NCBI GenBank assembly: GCA_963695345.1
Contig: OY968769.1
Coordinates: 1,024,001-1,088,000, forward strand
DNA length: 64,000 nucleotides
Source of the DNA: an uncultured Methanomassiliicoccales archaeon
Lineage (GTDB): Archaea > Thermoplasmatota > Thermoplasmata > Methanomassiliicoccales > UBA472
Direction: 5' to 3'
Shown: one piece after another, positions 43,956 through 54,506 of the stretch
How positions within the stretch are numbered: position 1 is the stretch's first letter
Layout of the letters: the number at the start of each line of letters is the position of its first letter
Translations under genes and position numbers: made by a program
The notes under the pieces: generated by a model
Seen by the model: the letters and a program-made list of their open reading frames with translations, nothing else
The model's database searches: none
Told to the model about the DNA's origin: nothing

Positions 43956-44177
43956 AATCTCCCTTAATTGTCAAACGCACATATATAAACTCGGTAAGAA
44001 CGCTTTTCGTCGGTCAAATACTGGACAGTACAGTTGGAATCAGTCGATGATTTCTAGACATGCATTTATCAAATATTCTAGCAGTATGCGAACGTCAGGC
44101 GATAAGAACGCTTAATGGCTGACTGTGAATAGTAAAAAAATGGATGGGTGAGGGGGATCTCCCCCTCGTTTTAGGGT

Positions 44178-47063
44178 TTACCTCAGCTTGTTGCCGCAGT
44201 TCGGGCAGACCGCGAAGTCCGATCCAACCGGGGTACCGCACTTGGGACACATGCCGGCAACAGCTGCGGGCTGTTGCTGGTATTGTTGCTGGACTGGCTG
44301 CTGGTACTGGGCCATCCCTGCTGGCGGCATTGCCGGCGTGGCCTTCTTCTTCCTCATGAACAGGAAGAGGACGAGCACGACGATCACGATCACCACTACT
44401 ACGACGATGATGATCGGGAGCAACGAGCTTCCGCTCTTGGCCGCTGGGACCACCGACTGGGACGCTGCTGCGTTCGAGGCACCGATGCTGTTCGATGTCA
44501 CGACCCAGTAGTAGTACGTCTTGCCGTTGACCGCCGTCGTATCCTGGAAGTTCAGTGCGCTGCCGGTCAGGTTGGCGATGAGGACCGCCTGCGAGGGGTC
44601 GTTGGTCTCCGCCCGGTAGACATAGTAATGCGTTATCGCAGAACTTCCCTGGTCCGGTGCGGTCCAGCTGACATCGACGCTGTTGTCGTTCGCGCTGACG
44701 GACACATCGCTGATCGTCGCCGGTGCGCCCGTTGGCGGTGTGGCCGAGGTCGATGCGTGCGCTGAAGCGGATTGTGCGCTGTCGCCGACGGAGTTCACTG
44801 CCACTACCGTGTAGTAGTAGGTCATACCGTTCATCAGGCCTGCGTCAGTGTATGTCAGGGCGGCAGAACCTGTGTTGGTCCAGTAGGCCAGTGCGGTAGA
44901 CGAGTCGCCACGATAGATCTTGTAGGCGGTTATCGGCTGTGTTCCGGTGCTCGACGGGAGGTTCCAGGTCAGAACGATCTGGCCGCTACCACCGGTCGCA
45001 ACCAGGTTGCTTGGGGCCCCGGGGGCTTGTGGTGCTGCGGACGGGGTCGCATTCGCGAACGCCTTCAGTCCCTCTCCCTTTGCGTTGACTCCCGCAACGG
45101 CGAAGTAGTATGCCTGGCCGTTGGTGAGTCCAGTCTTGGTGTACGTCATGGTCGTCCCAGAGACATTGGATAGCAATGTCAGTGACGGATACGTTCCCGA
45201 GTACACAGTGTAGTTCGATACGGCCGCTCCGCCAACGTCGGCAGGTGCAGTCCATGACAGAACTACCTGTCCGTTGCCAGCTGTCGCGGTCAGGGTCGGG
45301 ACCGAGGGCACCCAGAAGGGCGTTATGTTTACCTCGGTGGAGTTCGGGCTCCATCCATGCGAGTTAACCGCGCTCACGGTGTAGAAGTACTTCTGGCCGT
45401 TCACGAGGTTCGTGTCGTCATAGGATGATGCTGTACCGATCGCTGTGTGGCCGATATACGCCTCAGTTCCAGACACATTGGACCTGAAGACGTAGTAGTC
45501 AGTTATGTCAGGCCCTCCGTTTGTGCTGGCTGCGACCCACGATAGGTGGATCAGATGATTGGACGGGTTGGTTACCGTCAGGCCGGTCGGGGCGGATGGC
45601 ATCGACTGTGGAGTGGCGAAGAACTCGTCGGTCCTCGGCCCTTCTCCTCCATTTGTGTTTACGGCGGAGAGCTTGTAGTAATACTTGATATCATTCGATA
45701 CACCGGTGTCCAGATAATATAGGACTGGGCCAGTGGAATGACCGACATATATCTCCGCACCGGCAGTTGTGGCACGGTATATGTTGTAATAGGCTATGTC
45801 CGTTCCACCGTTGGTCGATGCGGCTCCCCATGTAACATTGACCTGGTTGTTGCCCGGAAGACCACTTGGTGTCAACGGGACTCCTGGCAGGACGATGTCC
45901 GCGACCAGTCTGATCGCGTCCCTCTCGGCTATGTCATCGTAACCCGTGGTCACGAGGAAGACATGGCCGCCGAACATGGTAACCGATGGCGACTCACCAT
46001 AGTACTTGTAGCCTATGGATGTCTCGATGGGGGAGGTTGTCGTGAACACTCCTCCGGAGAGAGAGTCGAAATGCAACGATGAGTCCTTTTGATATGCCAC
46101 ATAAGGCACGTTTGATTTCAGGACTATTGCAGTGTCGTAGAAGTAATGAGTACCGACAACCGCTGCGACAGTTGCCATATTCGATGTTGGCCAAAGACCG
46201 CCCGATGTTGCCCCAATGCTGTTGGTGTAACGGTATTCGTTCGCCCCACCATCGGCATAGGATATGTGGATGTTGTTGCTGGTATCAAGAGCCATTGCCA
46301 TGGCGGACGCACTGTCCATCCCGCTAGCAAGGTTGACCGCCATGCCGAACACGAAAGACCCGGCAGCCGGCCTTATTCCATACCAGATGTCATTTGTGTG
46401 CTCATAGACCATGTAAACTGATCCGTCAGCCTTGACGACTACATTTGGCTGAGTCACTGTGTAAGCAGCTAGGGTCGTTTTTGCACTGTACGAGTTCGCC
46501 GAGTTACGAACAACCTCGACCAACTGGTCCGAAGAACTGTCAGTGAAGGAGTAGATAACATGCACCAGATTGGTGATCGGATCCACATAGATTGCTGTGT
46601 CTGCGTAGGATCCGGCCCAGTCACTGCTTGTCGCGTCAACGGTCTCGATGGTCGCGGTCGCCGATGCGGCATCGATCACTGCCATCTTAATCGTGTAATG
46701 GTATGGCGTAACCAGGAACACGCCGTACGAGATGAACACGGTGTTCGTGTTGTTGATCGCCATTGCTGGGAAATATTTCGAATCGGTCGTGAATTTGTCG
46801 AGCTCCATGGTGACCCATGCACCGGTCTTGTTCGTGGCATAGTACATCTTGTTACCGGCTTCCCAAGCGATATGCAGGTGACCGGCATAATCAGCCTTGA
46901 TTACCTTGGTATCCGGGTTCCAGCTCTGGGAATTGTCTACCACTATAGCGCTCCAACCCGAGGCTGGGGCGGCGTTCGCATTTCCTGAAGCAAGCAATGC
47001 TGCAGCAGGCATTATCATCGCAAATGCCAGCATAAGCACGATCATCGTTTTTCGGCTACCCAT
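44178..47063 (-). CDS. Cell-surface protein: beta-rich N-terminal region, five FN3 domains, TM helix, Gln-rich linker, zinc ribbon
   Basis: Repeated W..P/A..G..I..Y..YR..YYY.V.AVN..G units; terminal CPKC-x10-CPNCGNKLR. Confidence 0.9.
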   Translation of the reverse strand: MGSRKTMIVLMLAFAMIMPAAALLASGNANAAPASGWSAIVVDNSQSWNPDTKVIKADYAGHLHIAWEAGNKMYYATNKTGAWVTMELDKFTTDSKYFPAMAINNTNTVFISYGVFLVTPYHYTIKMAVIDAASATATIETVDATSSDWAGSYADTAIYVDPITNLVHVIYSFTDSSSDQLVEVVRNSANSYSAKTTLAAYTVTQPNVVVKADGSVYMVYEHTNDIWYGIRPAAGSFVFGMAVNLASGMDSASAMAMALDTSNNIHISYADGGANEYRYTNSIGATSGGLWPTSNMATVAAVVGTHYFYDTAIVLKSNVPYVAYQKDSSLHFDSLSGGVFTTTSPIETSIGYKYYGESPSVTMFGGHVFLVTTGYDDIAERDAIRLVADIVLPGVPLTPSGLPGNNQVNVTWGAASTNGGTDIAYYNIYRATTAGAEIYVGHSTGPVLYYLDTGVSNDIKYYYKLSAVNTNGGEGPRTDEFFATPQSMPSAPTGLTVTNPSNHLIHLSWVAASTNGGPDITDYYVFRSNVSGTEAYIGHTAIGTASSYDDTNLVNGQKYFYTVSAVNSHGWSPNSTEVNITPFWVPSVPTLTATAGNGQVVLSWTAPADVGGAAVSNYTVYSGTYPSLTLLSNVSGTTMTYTKTGLTNGQAYYFAVAGVNAKGEGLKAFANATPSAAPQAPGAPSNLVATGGSGQIVLTWNLPSSTGTQPITAYKIYRGDSSTALAYWTNTGSAALTYTDAGLMNGMTYYYTVVAVNSVGDSAQSASAHASTSATPPTGAPATISDVSVSANDNSVDVSWTAPDQGSSAITHYYVYRAETNDPSQAVLIANLTGSALNFQDTTAVNGKTYYYWVVTSNSIGASNAAASQSVVPAAKSGSSLLPIIIVVVVVIVIVVLVLFLFMRKKKATPAMPPAGMAQYQQPVQQQYQQQPAAVAGMCPKCGTPVGSDFAVCPNCGNKLR

Positions 47064-47420
47064 TCTCTCCCTCCAATTTCGCCCTAAGAATGCGCAATAG
47101 ATCGCATTCCACATATTGAACTGGCTGGAAAATCGGCATTAAGGGCGCCGCCTATTGGCTTCAACCCGTATTCATCCTTAGGAACCCTTAACCGTTGGTG
47201 TGGTTCCTTGTCCCCCCGACAAGAACGAATCCCGAAAGTCCCCCCAGGTCTTGACAGGGATTACCCGTTGTTTTTTATTAATACTTTGCTAACTTGAATA
47301 ATGGACCAGCAATATTCATCAGTGGACAAAGAATGGTGATTCGCTATGTACACGTTCGGTTCCGCTCAGCCTTTGAATGCTCATTAGTATTATATTCCGG
47401 TTCCTTATTTCGATGCTACA

Positions 47421-47567
47421 ATGAACAAGATCATCTATCAATGCCTCGACTGTGGCAAGAAACACAAGACCGAGGAGGCAGCCATGAAGTGCCATGATGC
47501 CCCGATACAGGCATTCGAGACCGGAATCACCCGGTTCAGCAAGAGAAGGGGTCTAATCGGTAACTGA
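47421..47567 (+). CDS. 48-aa zinc-finger microprotein MNKIIYQCLDCGKKHKTEEAAMKCHDAPIQAFETGITRFSKRRGLIGN
   Basis: Manual translation; CxxCG-x12-CH; TATA-like TATTATAT upstream; T-rich run downstream. Confidence 0.72.
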   Translation: MNKIIYQCLDCGKKHKTEEAAMKCHDAPIQAFETGITRFSKRRGLIGN

Positions 47568-47617
47568 TCGGGCCATCGTTCTTTTTCATTCCAATTTCTT
47601 GTTCGACTGCCATTATT

Positions 47618-48190
47618 TCATATTAGTCCAGCGACCTTGAAGATCGCGAACAGGCTCAGAAGCGGGACGACTATCATCAGGAAGTCGTCGTCTATGTACC
47701 AGTTCTTCTTCAACTCCGACTCAATGCCCAAGAACGTGGCCACGATCGATGCGATCATCACAACCGGGGTCAATCCGAAAAAGTAGGTCAACGGCACTAT
47801 CATCAATGTGAAGTACAGGACGACCGGGACCAAGGGATAGTACTTGCTCTTTCTGGCCCTCATTATCCCCATGAGCGGGTCGATCCACCCCATGCCCAAA
47901 ACCACCGGCAACGCTATCTCGATGGGGAAGAAGGCTAGAGCGAAGGTCAACGCCAGGGCGGTCCAGGCGGCTGCCGAGATGCGGTGGTTCTCATAGTCCC
48001 GCATACCGATGATATTGGGCGAGAAATATAGCCGCAGAGCCTCGATGACCAATATCAGGGCCAGGAAAAGGAATAGCCCAGGCTGTTTGCCGAACAACCC
48101 GGGGAAGACCGGGTCGGGCAGATAATAATAAACCAAGAACACCGGAGCGCTGACATGCACTAGGCGCCTCAGGACCTGTCCCATGTCCAT
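47618..48190 (-). CDS. Dolichol kinase/cytidylyltransferase-like membrane protein
   Basis: RRLVH, MRDYE, IDDDF motifs; multi-TM. Confidence 0.65.
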   Translation of the reverse strand: MDMGQVLRRLVHVSAPVFLVYYYLPDPVFPGLFGKQPGLFLFLALILVIEALRLYFSPNIIGMRDYENHRISAAAWTALALTFALAFFPIEIALPVVLGMGWIDPLMGIMRARKSKYYPLVPVVLYFTLMIVPLTYFFGLTPVVMIASIVATFLGIESELKKNWYIDDDFLMIVVPLLSLFAIFKVAGLI

Positions 48191-48285
48191 TGGCCACACC
48201 TAAGATGACCTGACTAGAAATGCTTTCGCAATCTTCGGACCTTCGATCGATGGGCGAAAGGGAAGGGAACGACCGGCTTTGAACC

Positions 48286-49746
48286 CTAGGTGAAAGCCTG
48301 TCTGGCCCATTTTCTCTCGAGACCTCTATAGAAGTACCAGGCGAAGACCGCGACGAAGACCAATACGATCCCGATCCCGCCCGCGGAGATGAGCGGGGAA
48401 GAGTCGATCGAGAGCGAAAGTATCGTTATGCCGAAGTCCGGGATCAGTGCCAAGGCGGTGAACTTCATCATGATGTTAGGGTCGAACAGGAAAGAATTGG
48501 TGTTGAGACCGGTGAGGAATGCCGTGGCAAGCACCATGTAGGCCCCGGTTATGTACATCACCGGCAACGCCAGCCATAGCAGTCTCGTCTCGTTGTTCAG
48601 GATGGATATCCCGACCACGAAGATGGTGGAAATGACACTGGTCAGGATGAAAAAGGCGATTAGCTTTCCCTTGATGACACTGGGTACGCCCACCGGAAGG
48701 GTCTCGAAGTAGTCGACCAGGTCGATGTTGGTCAGCCAGTTATAGAGCATGACCCCGAAGAACCCGACCATCCCGGCATAGAATACGCTGTTGAACCCGA
48801 CCGGGATCTTGAGGCCGTTGTTCACGTACCACGTGGTGAAGGACAGGAACAGCAACGGCGCTACATAGGCAAACCCGATCTTCTTGAGCAGACCGCTGCG
48901 GACGATGTCGACGAACTCCTTCGCCAGGAGGGTTCCGGACCGGCCGGCGAACTTTGTAAGTACCTGGTATCTGGAGAACACCTCCACGAACTGGGATTTT
49001 GTGCTTTCATATTCGTGCTTGACCAGCAGTATGGCGAAGACCGTGAAGAAAACGATCGCGATCAGGCTCACCGCGAAATAGAGAAGAACCGCCCCGGGGT
49101 CATGGGCGAACGGTGTCGACGATAGCTCCAACCCGATAGGCGGCAGCACATACCCCAGCGGATAGGCGTGGAAGATGCCGAACCCGGCCATTAGGACGCC
49201 CAGGGCGGTAACGGCAGCACCGAAGGCCAGGGTGCTCCGCGTGTAAAGCACCGAGATAGCGAATGAAAGGGAAATACCGAAAAGGAACGACAGGAACATC
49301 GCGGCGAACAGCATCAGGCATGAGATCAGCGCATAGTGGGCGAAGACCGATGCCAGCAGCACTCCGGAGAAGGCCGGACCCAGTATCAGGAAGGTGTAGA
49401 AGATGATGTCCCTCACGTACATGCCGAAAAAAGTGGCCCGGAAGGACAGGGGTAACAGGAAAGGCATGGCTATGATGAAATTGACCTTGCCGTAGCGCCT
49501 CTCGATGTAGGTGTGCCCCAGGAACCCGAAGGCCCCGACGCTGACTCCGTAGATGAAGACGCCTCCGAGCGCCAATGTCAGCATGTCGCCCAGCGGAAGG
49601 CCGGTCTGTAAGTTCGGGAAGCTGCCGGCGAAGAAGAAGGAGAGGACGAACACGTAGATGGGCATGGCCATGAACATGCGTCTTGATGAATGTGAGACGT
49701 GGAGGCGGTATTCCTCGAGCAGCATCAGCTTAAGCAGGCTTGGCAT
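48286..49746 (-). CDS. ABC transporter permease (multi-TM)
   Basis: About 12 TM helices; overlaps ABC ATPase gene. Confidence 0.75.
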   Translation of the reverse strand: MPSLLKLMLLEEYRLHVSHSSRRMFMAMPIYVFVLSFFFAGSFPNLQTGLPLGDMLTLALGGVFIYGVSVGAFGFLGHTYIERRYGKVNFIIAMPFLLPLSFRATFFGMYVRDIIFYTFLILGPAFSGVLLASVFAHYALISCLMLFAAMFLSFLFGISLSFAISVLYTRSTLAFGAAVTALGVLMAGFGIFHAYPLGYVLPPIGLELSSTPFAHDPGAVLLYFAVSLIAIVFFTVFAILLVKHEYESTKSQFVEVFSRYQVLTKFAGRSGTLLAKEFVDIVRSGLLKKIGFAYVAPLLFLSFTTWYVNNGLKIPVGFNSVFYAGMVGFFGVMLYNWLTNIDLVDYFETLPVGVPSVIKGKLIAFFILTSVISTIFVVGISILNNETRLLWLALPVMYITGAYMVLATAFLTGLNTNSFLFDPNIMMKFTALALIPDFGITILSLSIDSSPLISAGGIGIVLVFVAVFAWYFYRGLERKWARQAFT

Positions 49747-50459
49747 AGTGGCTCCCAACCAACCTCAGGAATGCCGTTTCCAGGTCCTCGCCGTTCGATG
49801 TTATGGCCTCGATCGAGGAGTTCAGTGCCATGCGCCCATGGTCCAGAATGATGACATTGTGACAGAGCTTCTGGGCGGTTTCCAGGATGTGCGAGCAGAG
49901 GAAGACCGTCCGGCCTTCGTCCCGGAGCGCCAGCAGGTAGTCCTTCAGTCTGCGTTGGTAGATCGGGTCCAGGTTGATGAACGGTTCGTCCAGGAACAGG
50001 AGCTTGGGCTCATGGATGAATGCCGCCGACAGCATCACCTTCTGCCTCATGCCCTTGGACAGGTCACGGCACAGATGTGCCCTTGGCCTCTGAAAGGTCA
50101 AAGAACTCCATCCATCGGTCGATGCGCTTGCCCGCGTCCTCGACCTTTCTTATGCTGCAGACGAACTGGAGGAACTCGGCGGCGGTGAGATAGCTGGGCG
50201 GGGATTCCACCTCGGGCACGATCCCGATGGCCTTCTTGACCTCGATGGAACTGACCGAAGGGTCCAATCCCAGCACCGAACAGTGCCCGCCAGTGGCCTG
50301 TATCTGCCCGGTCATGATCTTGAGCAGCGTGGATTTTCCAGCGCCGTTGGGTCCGAAACAACCGAAGAAGTCCCCCTGCTCGACCTTGAAACTTATGTTG
50401 TCCAGGGCGGTGAAGTTCCCATACTTCTTGGTTATCAGATCCACCTGAACGGCGGGCAT
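49730..50459 (-). CDS. ABC transporter ATP-binding protein (frameshifted at about 50075-50100)
   Basis: GPNGAGKST, LSKGMRQK, LDEP, SH. Confidence 0.88.
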
Positions 50460-50723
50460 AGTGCTCGATTAAGCATGATGATATTTAACGACGAGGACAA
50501 GAATATCACTCCAAAATCTATTAGCTGGGCGATGTTCACGTATGATCTTTCTTTATCCGTTCGGCAAAGAGGGATCTCTTAAGAATGGTCGAACGTCATG
50601 CACGCAATGATTGTCTAGGAAAAAAATCCTTGGGATGATTCCAGAGAGTTTGATATATTACCAAATGATATCACCAGGCTAACTCAGTGATAGCATATAT
50701 CACGCCATTCTTGAGGTGGGCAA

Positions 50724-51065
50724 ATGAAGGGCAAGAGCATCCTTACGAACAAGATCGAGAGCGAGATAGAGCTCCTAGAGAGGCACGTCAAGATGCTGAA
50801 CGCGATCATGGCGCACGAGCCCATCGGGATCATACGCCTCTCCGAGCTGTTGGATATCCCGCAGCACAAGGTGAGGTACTCTCTCCGCATCTTGGAGCAG
50901 GAAGGTCTGATCAATCCCTCACCAGAGGGAGCTGTCACCACCGAGAAACTGCAAACGTTCTTCGCCGACCTGAAGGACATCCTGCAACACATGGATGAGA
51001 CCGTCAATGCGCTTCGGACCTCATTGGAGAACCAGGTACTTGAGGCAAAAAAGATTAATAAATGA
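50724..51065 (+). CDS. Winged-helix DNA-binding protein
   Basis: PIGIIRLSELLDIPQHKVRYSLRILEQEGLI. Confidence 0.8.
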   Translation: MKGKSILTNKIESEIELLERHVKMLNAIMAHEPIGIIRLSELLDIPQHKVRYSLRILEQEGLINPSPEGAVTTEKLQTFFADLKDILQHMDETVNALRTSLENQVLEAKKINK

Positions 51066-51090
51066 CCAGTTATGTCTCGCCAATTCATAG

Positions 51091-51166
51091 GCCGTCGTAG
51101 CTCAGTCGGTAGAGCGTGGGACTGTTAATCCCAAGGTCATCGGTTCGATCCCGATCGACGGCGCCA
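51091..51166 (+). tRNA. tRNA-Asn(GTT), CCA encoded
   Basis: Acceptor GCCGTCG/CGACGGC; anticodon arm TGGGA-CTGTTAA-TCCCA; T loop TTCGATC. Confidence 0.97.
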
Positions 51167-51514
51167 ATGTCACACGTCTTTCTTCTGGATCCTTCGCTTA
51201 TCGTTCTCGATCATCCATCGGATCGAGTGAGACTGCTGTTCTCGGGCGAGCGTTCTGAAAAAATCGACTCATGCAGAATTTGGAATTATTTGGGACGAGA
51301 CCGGGGGGATGGTCCGTCCCATTTTGGGGGGTGTCACCGTCGCCACGAAAACCCAGGCCCATATCGAAGCCCTACACCGCGGCGTCCGGTCATATTCCTT
51401 AAGATCAAGACCGTAAAACTAAGCTTATAACCATATTCATCTGGAAATCATACCTGATTCCGAGCTTGACCGCTGGGTTTATCAAATTACGTTGCATGCC
51501 GACCTTCGATAGAC

Positions 51515-51799
51515 ATGCTTTCAAACATCCCGGTCATTCTTGAGAAGATCGATCCGAAATCATTGGACAAGGAGATCCTGCGGGCAGCGATCATTGGTGA
51601 GTTGGACGCCATCAACCTTTACGAACAGATGGCCAGCCTTACCCAGAACGAGGACCTGCGCAGGGTCCTGTTGGATGTTGCCAACGAGGAGAAGACCCAT
51701 ATCGGCGAGTTCCAGGCAATGCTTCTGCGCCTAGACCCTGAACAGGCCAGGGAGCTCGAGTCGGGGAAGAAGGAAGTGGATGAGATGATGGAGAAGTGA
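51515..51799 (+). CDS. Small ferritin-like (rubrerythrin/EncFtn-type) protein
   Basis: ELDAINLYEQ..EEKTHIGEF diiron motifs. Confidence 0.85.
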   Translation: MLSNIPVILEKIDPKSLDKEILRAAIIGELDAINLYEQMASLTQNEDLRRVLLDVANEEKTHIGEFQAMLLRLDPEQARELESGKKEVDEMMEK

Positions 51800-51855
51800 C
51801 CCATCGGTCACATTCATTCGACCGGATGGCATCCGCCATCATTCTTTTTTTATTA

Positions 51856-52803
51856 TCATCCAAACGTGTATGCGTATACCCGGAAGCTATTGTCTGGGCT
51901 GATCAGGGTGAGCGTGTGTTTTTCTGAAGCATGGGTCCTGACGATGTAGTACATATCGTCCCGGTCAACCGACAAAAAGGTCCGCCCATCACGGAATCTC
52001 ACGTCCTGGTGGGCCTGGGACCTCAGGAGAGGATTACCATCCAGAAGGACCTCCAGCTCTGACGGAGTATCCGCTGACAATACCGCGTAGACCTCCCGGG
52101 CCTGATAGGGCATAATGATCTTTCCCGGACCCTTGAGCAGCTTCAGGAATTGCGGGTCGTTCTGCCAATACCCATCAAGATATATCACGCCCAGCTGGTG
52201 AGGCGTAGTGTCGGTGTAATGACATGCCCCGTCGGTCGCGCAGACCGGAACGTTCCCTATGGCTTTGTTCCGGGAGGTTCCGGCAAATATCTCAGGGGTA
52301 GTGTCCCGACCGTACTGGACCACGCTGTCCTTGATCTCCGGAAGGTGAACGTTGCGTCCCGCATCACGCAGCAGGCGGACTATCCAGGCCTCGATCTCGC
52401 CCTCTCCTCCTTCCCCCTCATGGATATGCCTGACATCCCCTTGCTTGTCTATGAAATACTGTGTCGGCCAGAAGTTGTTCTGGAAGGCATCCCATGTCCT
52501 AAAGTCGTTATCCACTGCGACCGGATAATCCAGCCCATGGCGCTTGATCGCCGTCTCCAGGTTCTTGGCGTCCCTCTCAAAATCGAACTCGGGGGAATGG
52601 ACGCCGATGAGGACCAGACCCAGGTCCTTGTAACGGCTCCATACCTGCTTCATGTGGGGTAACGTGCGCAGGCAGTTGATGCAGGAGTATGTCCAGAAAT
52701 CGATCACCACCACACTGCCGCGAAGTGAGGCGAGCGTCAAAGGGGCAGTGTTATACCACGCTGATATGGCCAGCTCGGGGGCTTGGTAACGGTCGAACAT
52801 CAT
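51856..52803 (-). CDS. DipZ-like redoxin
   Basis: DFWTYSCINC, GVHSPEF, GEG, terminal YAYTFG. Confidence 0.88.
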   Translation of the reverse strand: MMFDRYQAPELAISAWYNTAPLTLASLRGSVVVIDFWTYSCINCLRTLPHMKQVWSRYKDLGLVLIGVHSPEFDFERDAKNLETAIKRHGLDYPVAVDNDFRTWDAFQNNFWPTQYFIDKQGDVRHIHEGEGGEGEIEAWIVRLLRDAGRNVHLPEIKDSVVQYGRDTTPEIFAGTSRNKAIGNVPVCATDGACHYTDTTPHQLGVIYLDGYWQNDPQFLKLLKGPGKIIMPYQAREVYAVLSADTPSELEVLLDGNPLLRSQAHQDVRFRDGRTFLSVDRDDMYYIVRTHASEKHTLTLISPDNSFRVYAYTFG

Positions 52804-52927
52804 CGATACACTCTAATGACCACCTTATGGTTGCGCACAAATCAAATACATTGCTGGAAAAACATAGTAAACGCAAGAAGCCGCCGCCCCATGAATGGGA
52901 CGGACCTGGCCGGCTCGTTGCCGGCAC

Positions 52928-53287
52928 TCAGTTCTCAGCTTCCGGCTGCCGGATCATGGTCAGCAGCATCTTGAACCGCTTCACGGCGGTCAGGGAATGG
53001 GCTTCATTGGCCGGCATTATGATGACGTCCCCTGCCTTCATCGAATGGACGATCCCGGACAGGGTGAGATCCAGTTCCCCCTCTAGCACGTGCACCATCG
53101 CATCAAAGGGAGCGGCGTGCTCGCTCAAACCCTGGCCCTCATCGAAGGCGAAGATCGTTACCGTTCCGACCGGCTTGTCGATAAGAGTTCTGCTCACTAT
53201 CGAACTATCTTGGTAGGATACCAATTCGCTCATCGTCAGATGCTTGCCGAGCAATTCCGCCGGTCTGGATCCAGTCTTCTTCGCCAT
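52928..53287 (-). CDS. Cupin domain protein
   Basis: FAFDEGQGLSEHAAPFDA..MPANEAH. Confidence 0.9.
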   Translation of the reverse strand: MAKKTGSRPAELLGKHLTMSELVSYQDSSIVSRTLIDKPVGTVTIFAFDEGQGLSEHAAPFDAMVHVLEGELDLTLSGIVHSMKAGDVIIMPANEAHSLTAVKRFKMLLTMIRQPEAEN

Positions 53288-53336
53288 GTGATCGTCCAAC
53301 CAATTGGTATGGCGTTCTAATAACCGTTCCGGCCCC

Positions 53337-53709
53337 TCATGATCTCTTCTTTTTGGAGACCTTCACCGGCAATGAGATCACCAGGGCATGCGAGCGTTCG
53401 ATCCATCGGCTGAGCTTATCCACATCGTCCAGGGATGAGCCGGGTACCGAGACGTATTCCCTCATCACGGTGCTTTCCGTGGGAGAGAACACACCAGCTC
53501 CGAGGATCTCCTTTTTTATGTTCTGCCCATCCTCGTCGGAGAGCCGGAGGAACAATCCTTCGCCGAATACCCCCATGAACATGTTGCCGTTCACGAACCA
53601 CACGTCCGCCCCGAACATTCTTCTTTCGCTCGCCATGATATTTCTCCAAAAGTGGGGCGAGACGGTCCCCCAATTCCTTGGACGATTTCGGCCAGGGCCT
53701 TTGATCCAT
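53337..53709 (-). CDS. TfoX/Sxy N-terminal family protein (frameshift near 53620)
   Basis: MDQRPWPKSS..ERKK joins MFGADVWFVNGNMF..MREYV if one A is removed. Confidence 0.78.
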
Positions 53710-53884
53710 GCCTAGGGAATTGAACATAGAGGATATTTTGTTGTTGGGATGGAGGTATCTTCTTGTCCGGTGCGATAATCTGACGTTTTCAGCATGTTGA
53801 AAGTCATAGATTAGGCCGAAAAATGTATAGACCCATAATTGACTCGGAAATTCTATAAACCACAGGAAAAATGAGAGTATAGGA

Positions 53885-54403
53885 ATGAAGACCGTAGACG
53901 AAATGAAGAATTTGATCATGTCCAGCCTGAAGGAGATGATCGCGGACGACCAGCAGGTGAAGAAATTCACCACCACCAGCCACAACAAACGGCTGTCGGA
54001 CAAACAATTCCTGGAATATTTCGCTCAAAAATACGGTGACCGGGTCATCATTGAGCAAGGGGCGAACAACGTCCTGAACCTGTTCACCACCGAATTGAAC
54101 ATGAAGTGGGTATCAGATGGAAAGAAGACCGCTCTTGACGGCTTCACGATCGGAGGCATGCCGATCATCGATTACATCAAGGGATATCAGCTGAGTGAGA
54201 TCGCGCCACCGCCCGCAGATGAAAAGGCGGAACTCACCGAAGAAGAACAGCTGGAAGCCTTATACGGCAAGATGTTCGAGAACCGGGTCATCGATCAGAA
54301 GATATCCGAGCATGGAAAGGAGATCCAGAGCAAGAAGAAACCGGATCTGATGGTGAGGTCGGAAACGGATGATGACGTGGAAGAGACCGAGTTCGTAAGT
54401 TGA
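53885..54403 (+). CDS. Hypothetical protein
   Basis: 172-aa ORF with plausible composition. Confidence 0.65.
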   Translation: MKTVDEMKNLIMSSLKEMIADDQQVKKFTTTSHNKRLSDKQFLEYFAQKYGDRVIIEQGANNVLNLFTTELNMKWVSDGKKTALDGFTIGGMPIIDYIKGYQLSEIAPPPADEKAELTEEEQLEALYGKMFENRVIDQKISEHGKEIQSKKKPDLMVRSETDDDVEETEFVS

Positions 54404-54506
54404 CATTTCTCTCAGATCACGCTTGATTCAAACCAAACTAGCCTAGCTTCTGGTTAAGCCTGTTCTTGAGATATTGACGCGGCGATGCCACGAACACGGA
54501 AGACAA

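Noticed and set aside
47090-47270. c-di-AMP (ydaO) riboswitch assignment
   Set aside because: The conserved 3' CAGCUAAC and GGGGUGAAUC elements are missing.
31-53709. Frameshifts in eif2g, infB, the GlnQ-like ABC genes, gmhAB, GT2, TPR, ABC ATPase and TfoX read as programmed frameshifting or pseudogenes
   Set aside because: They are scattered single-base indels, they hit essential genes, they cluster locally (14.5-15.2 kb, 29.3-30 kb) and show no common slippery motif; sequencing or assembly error is the best explanation.
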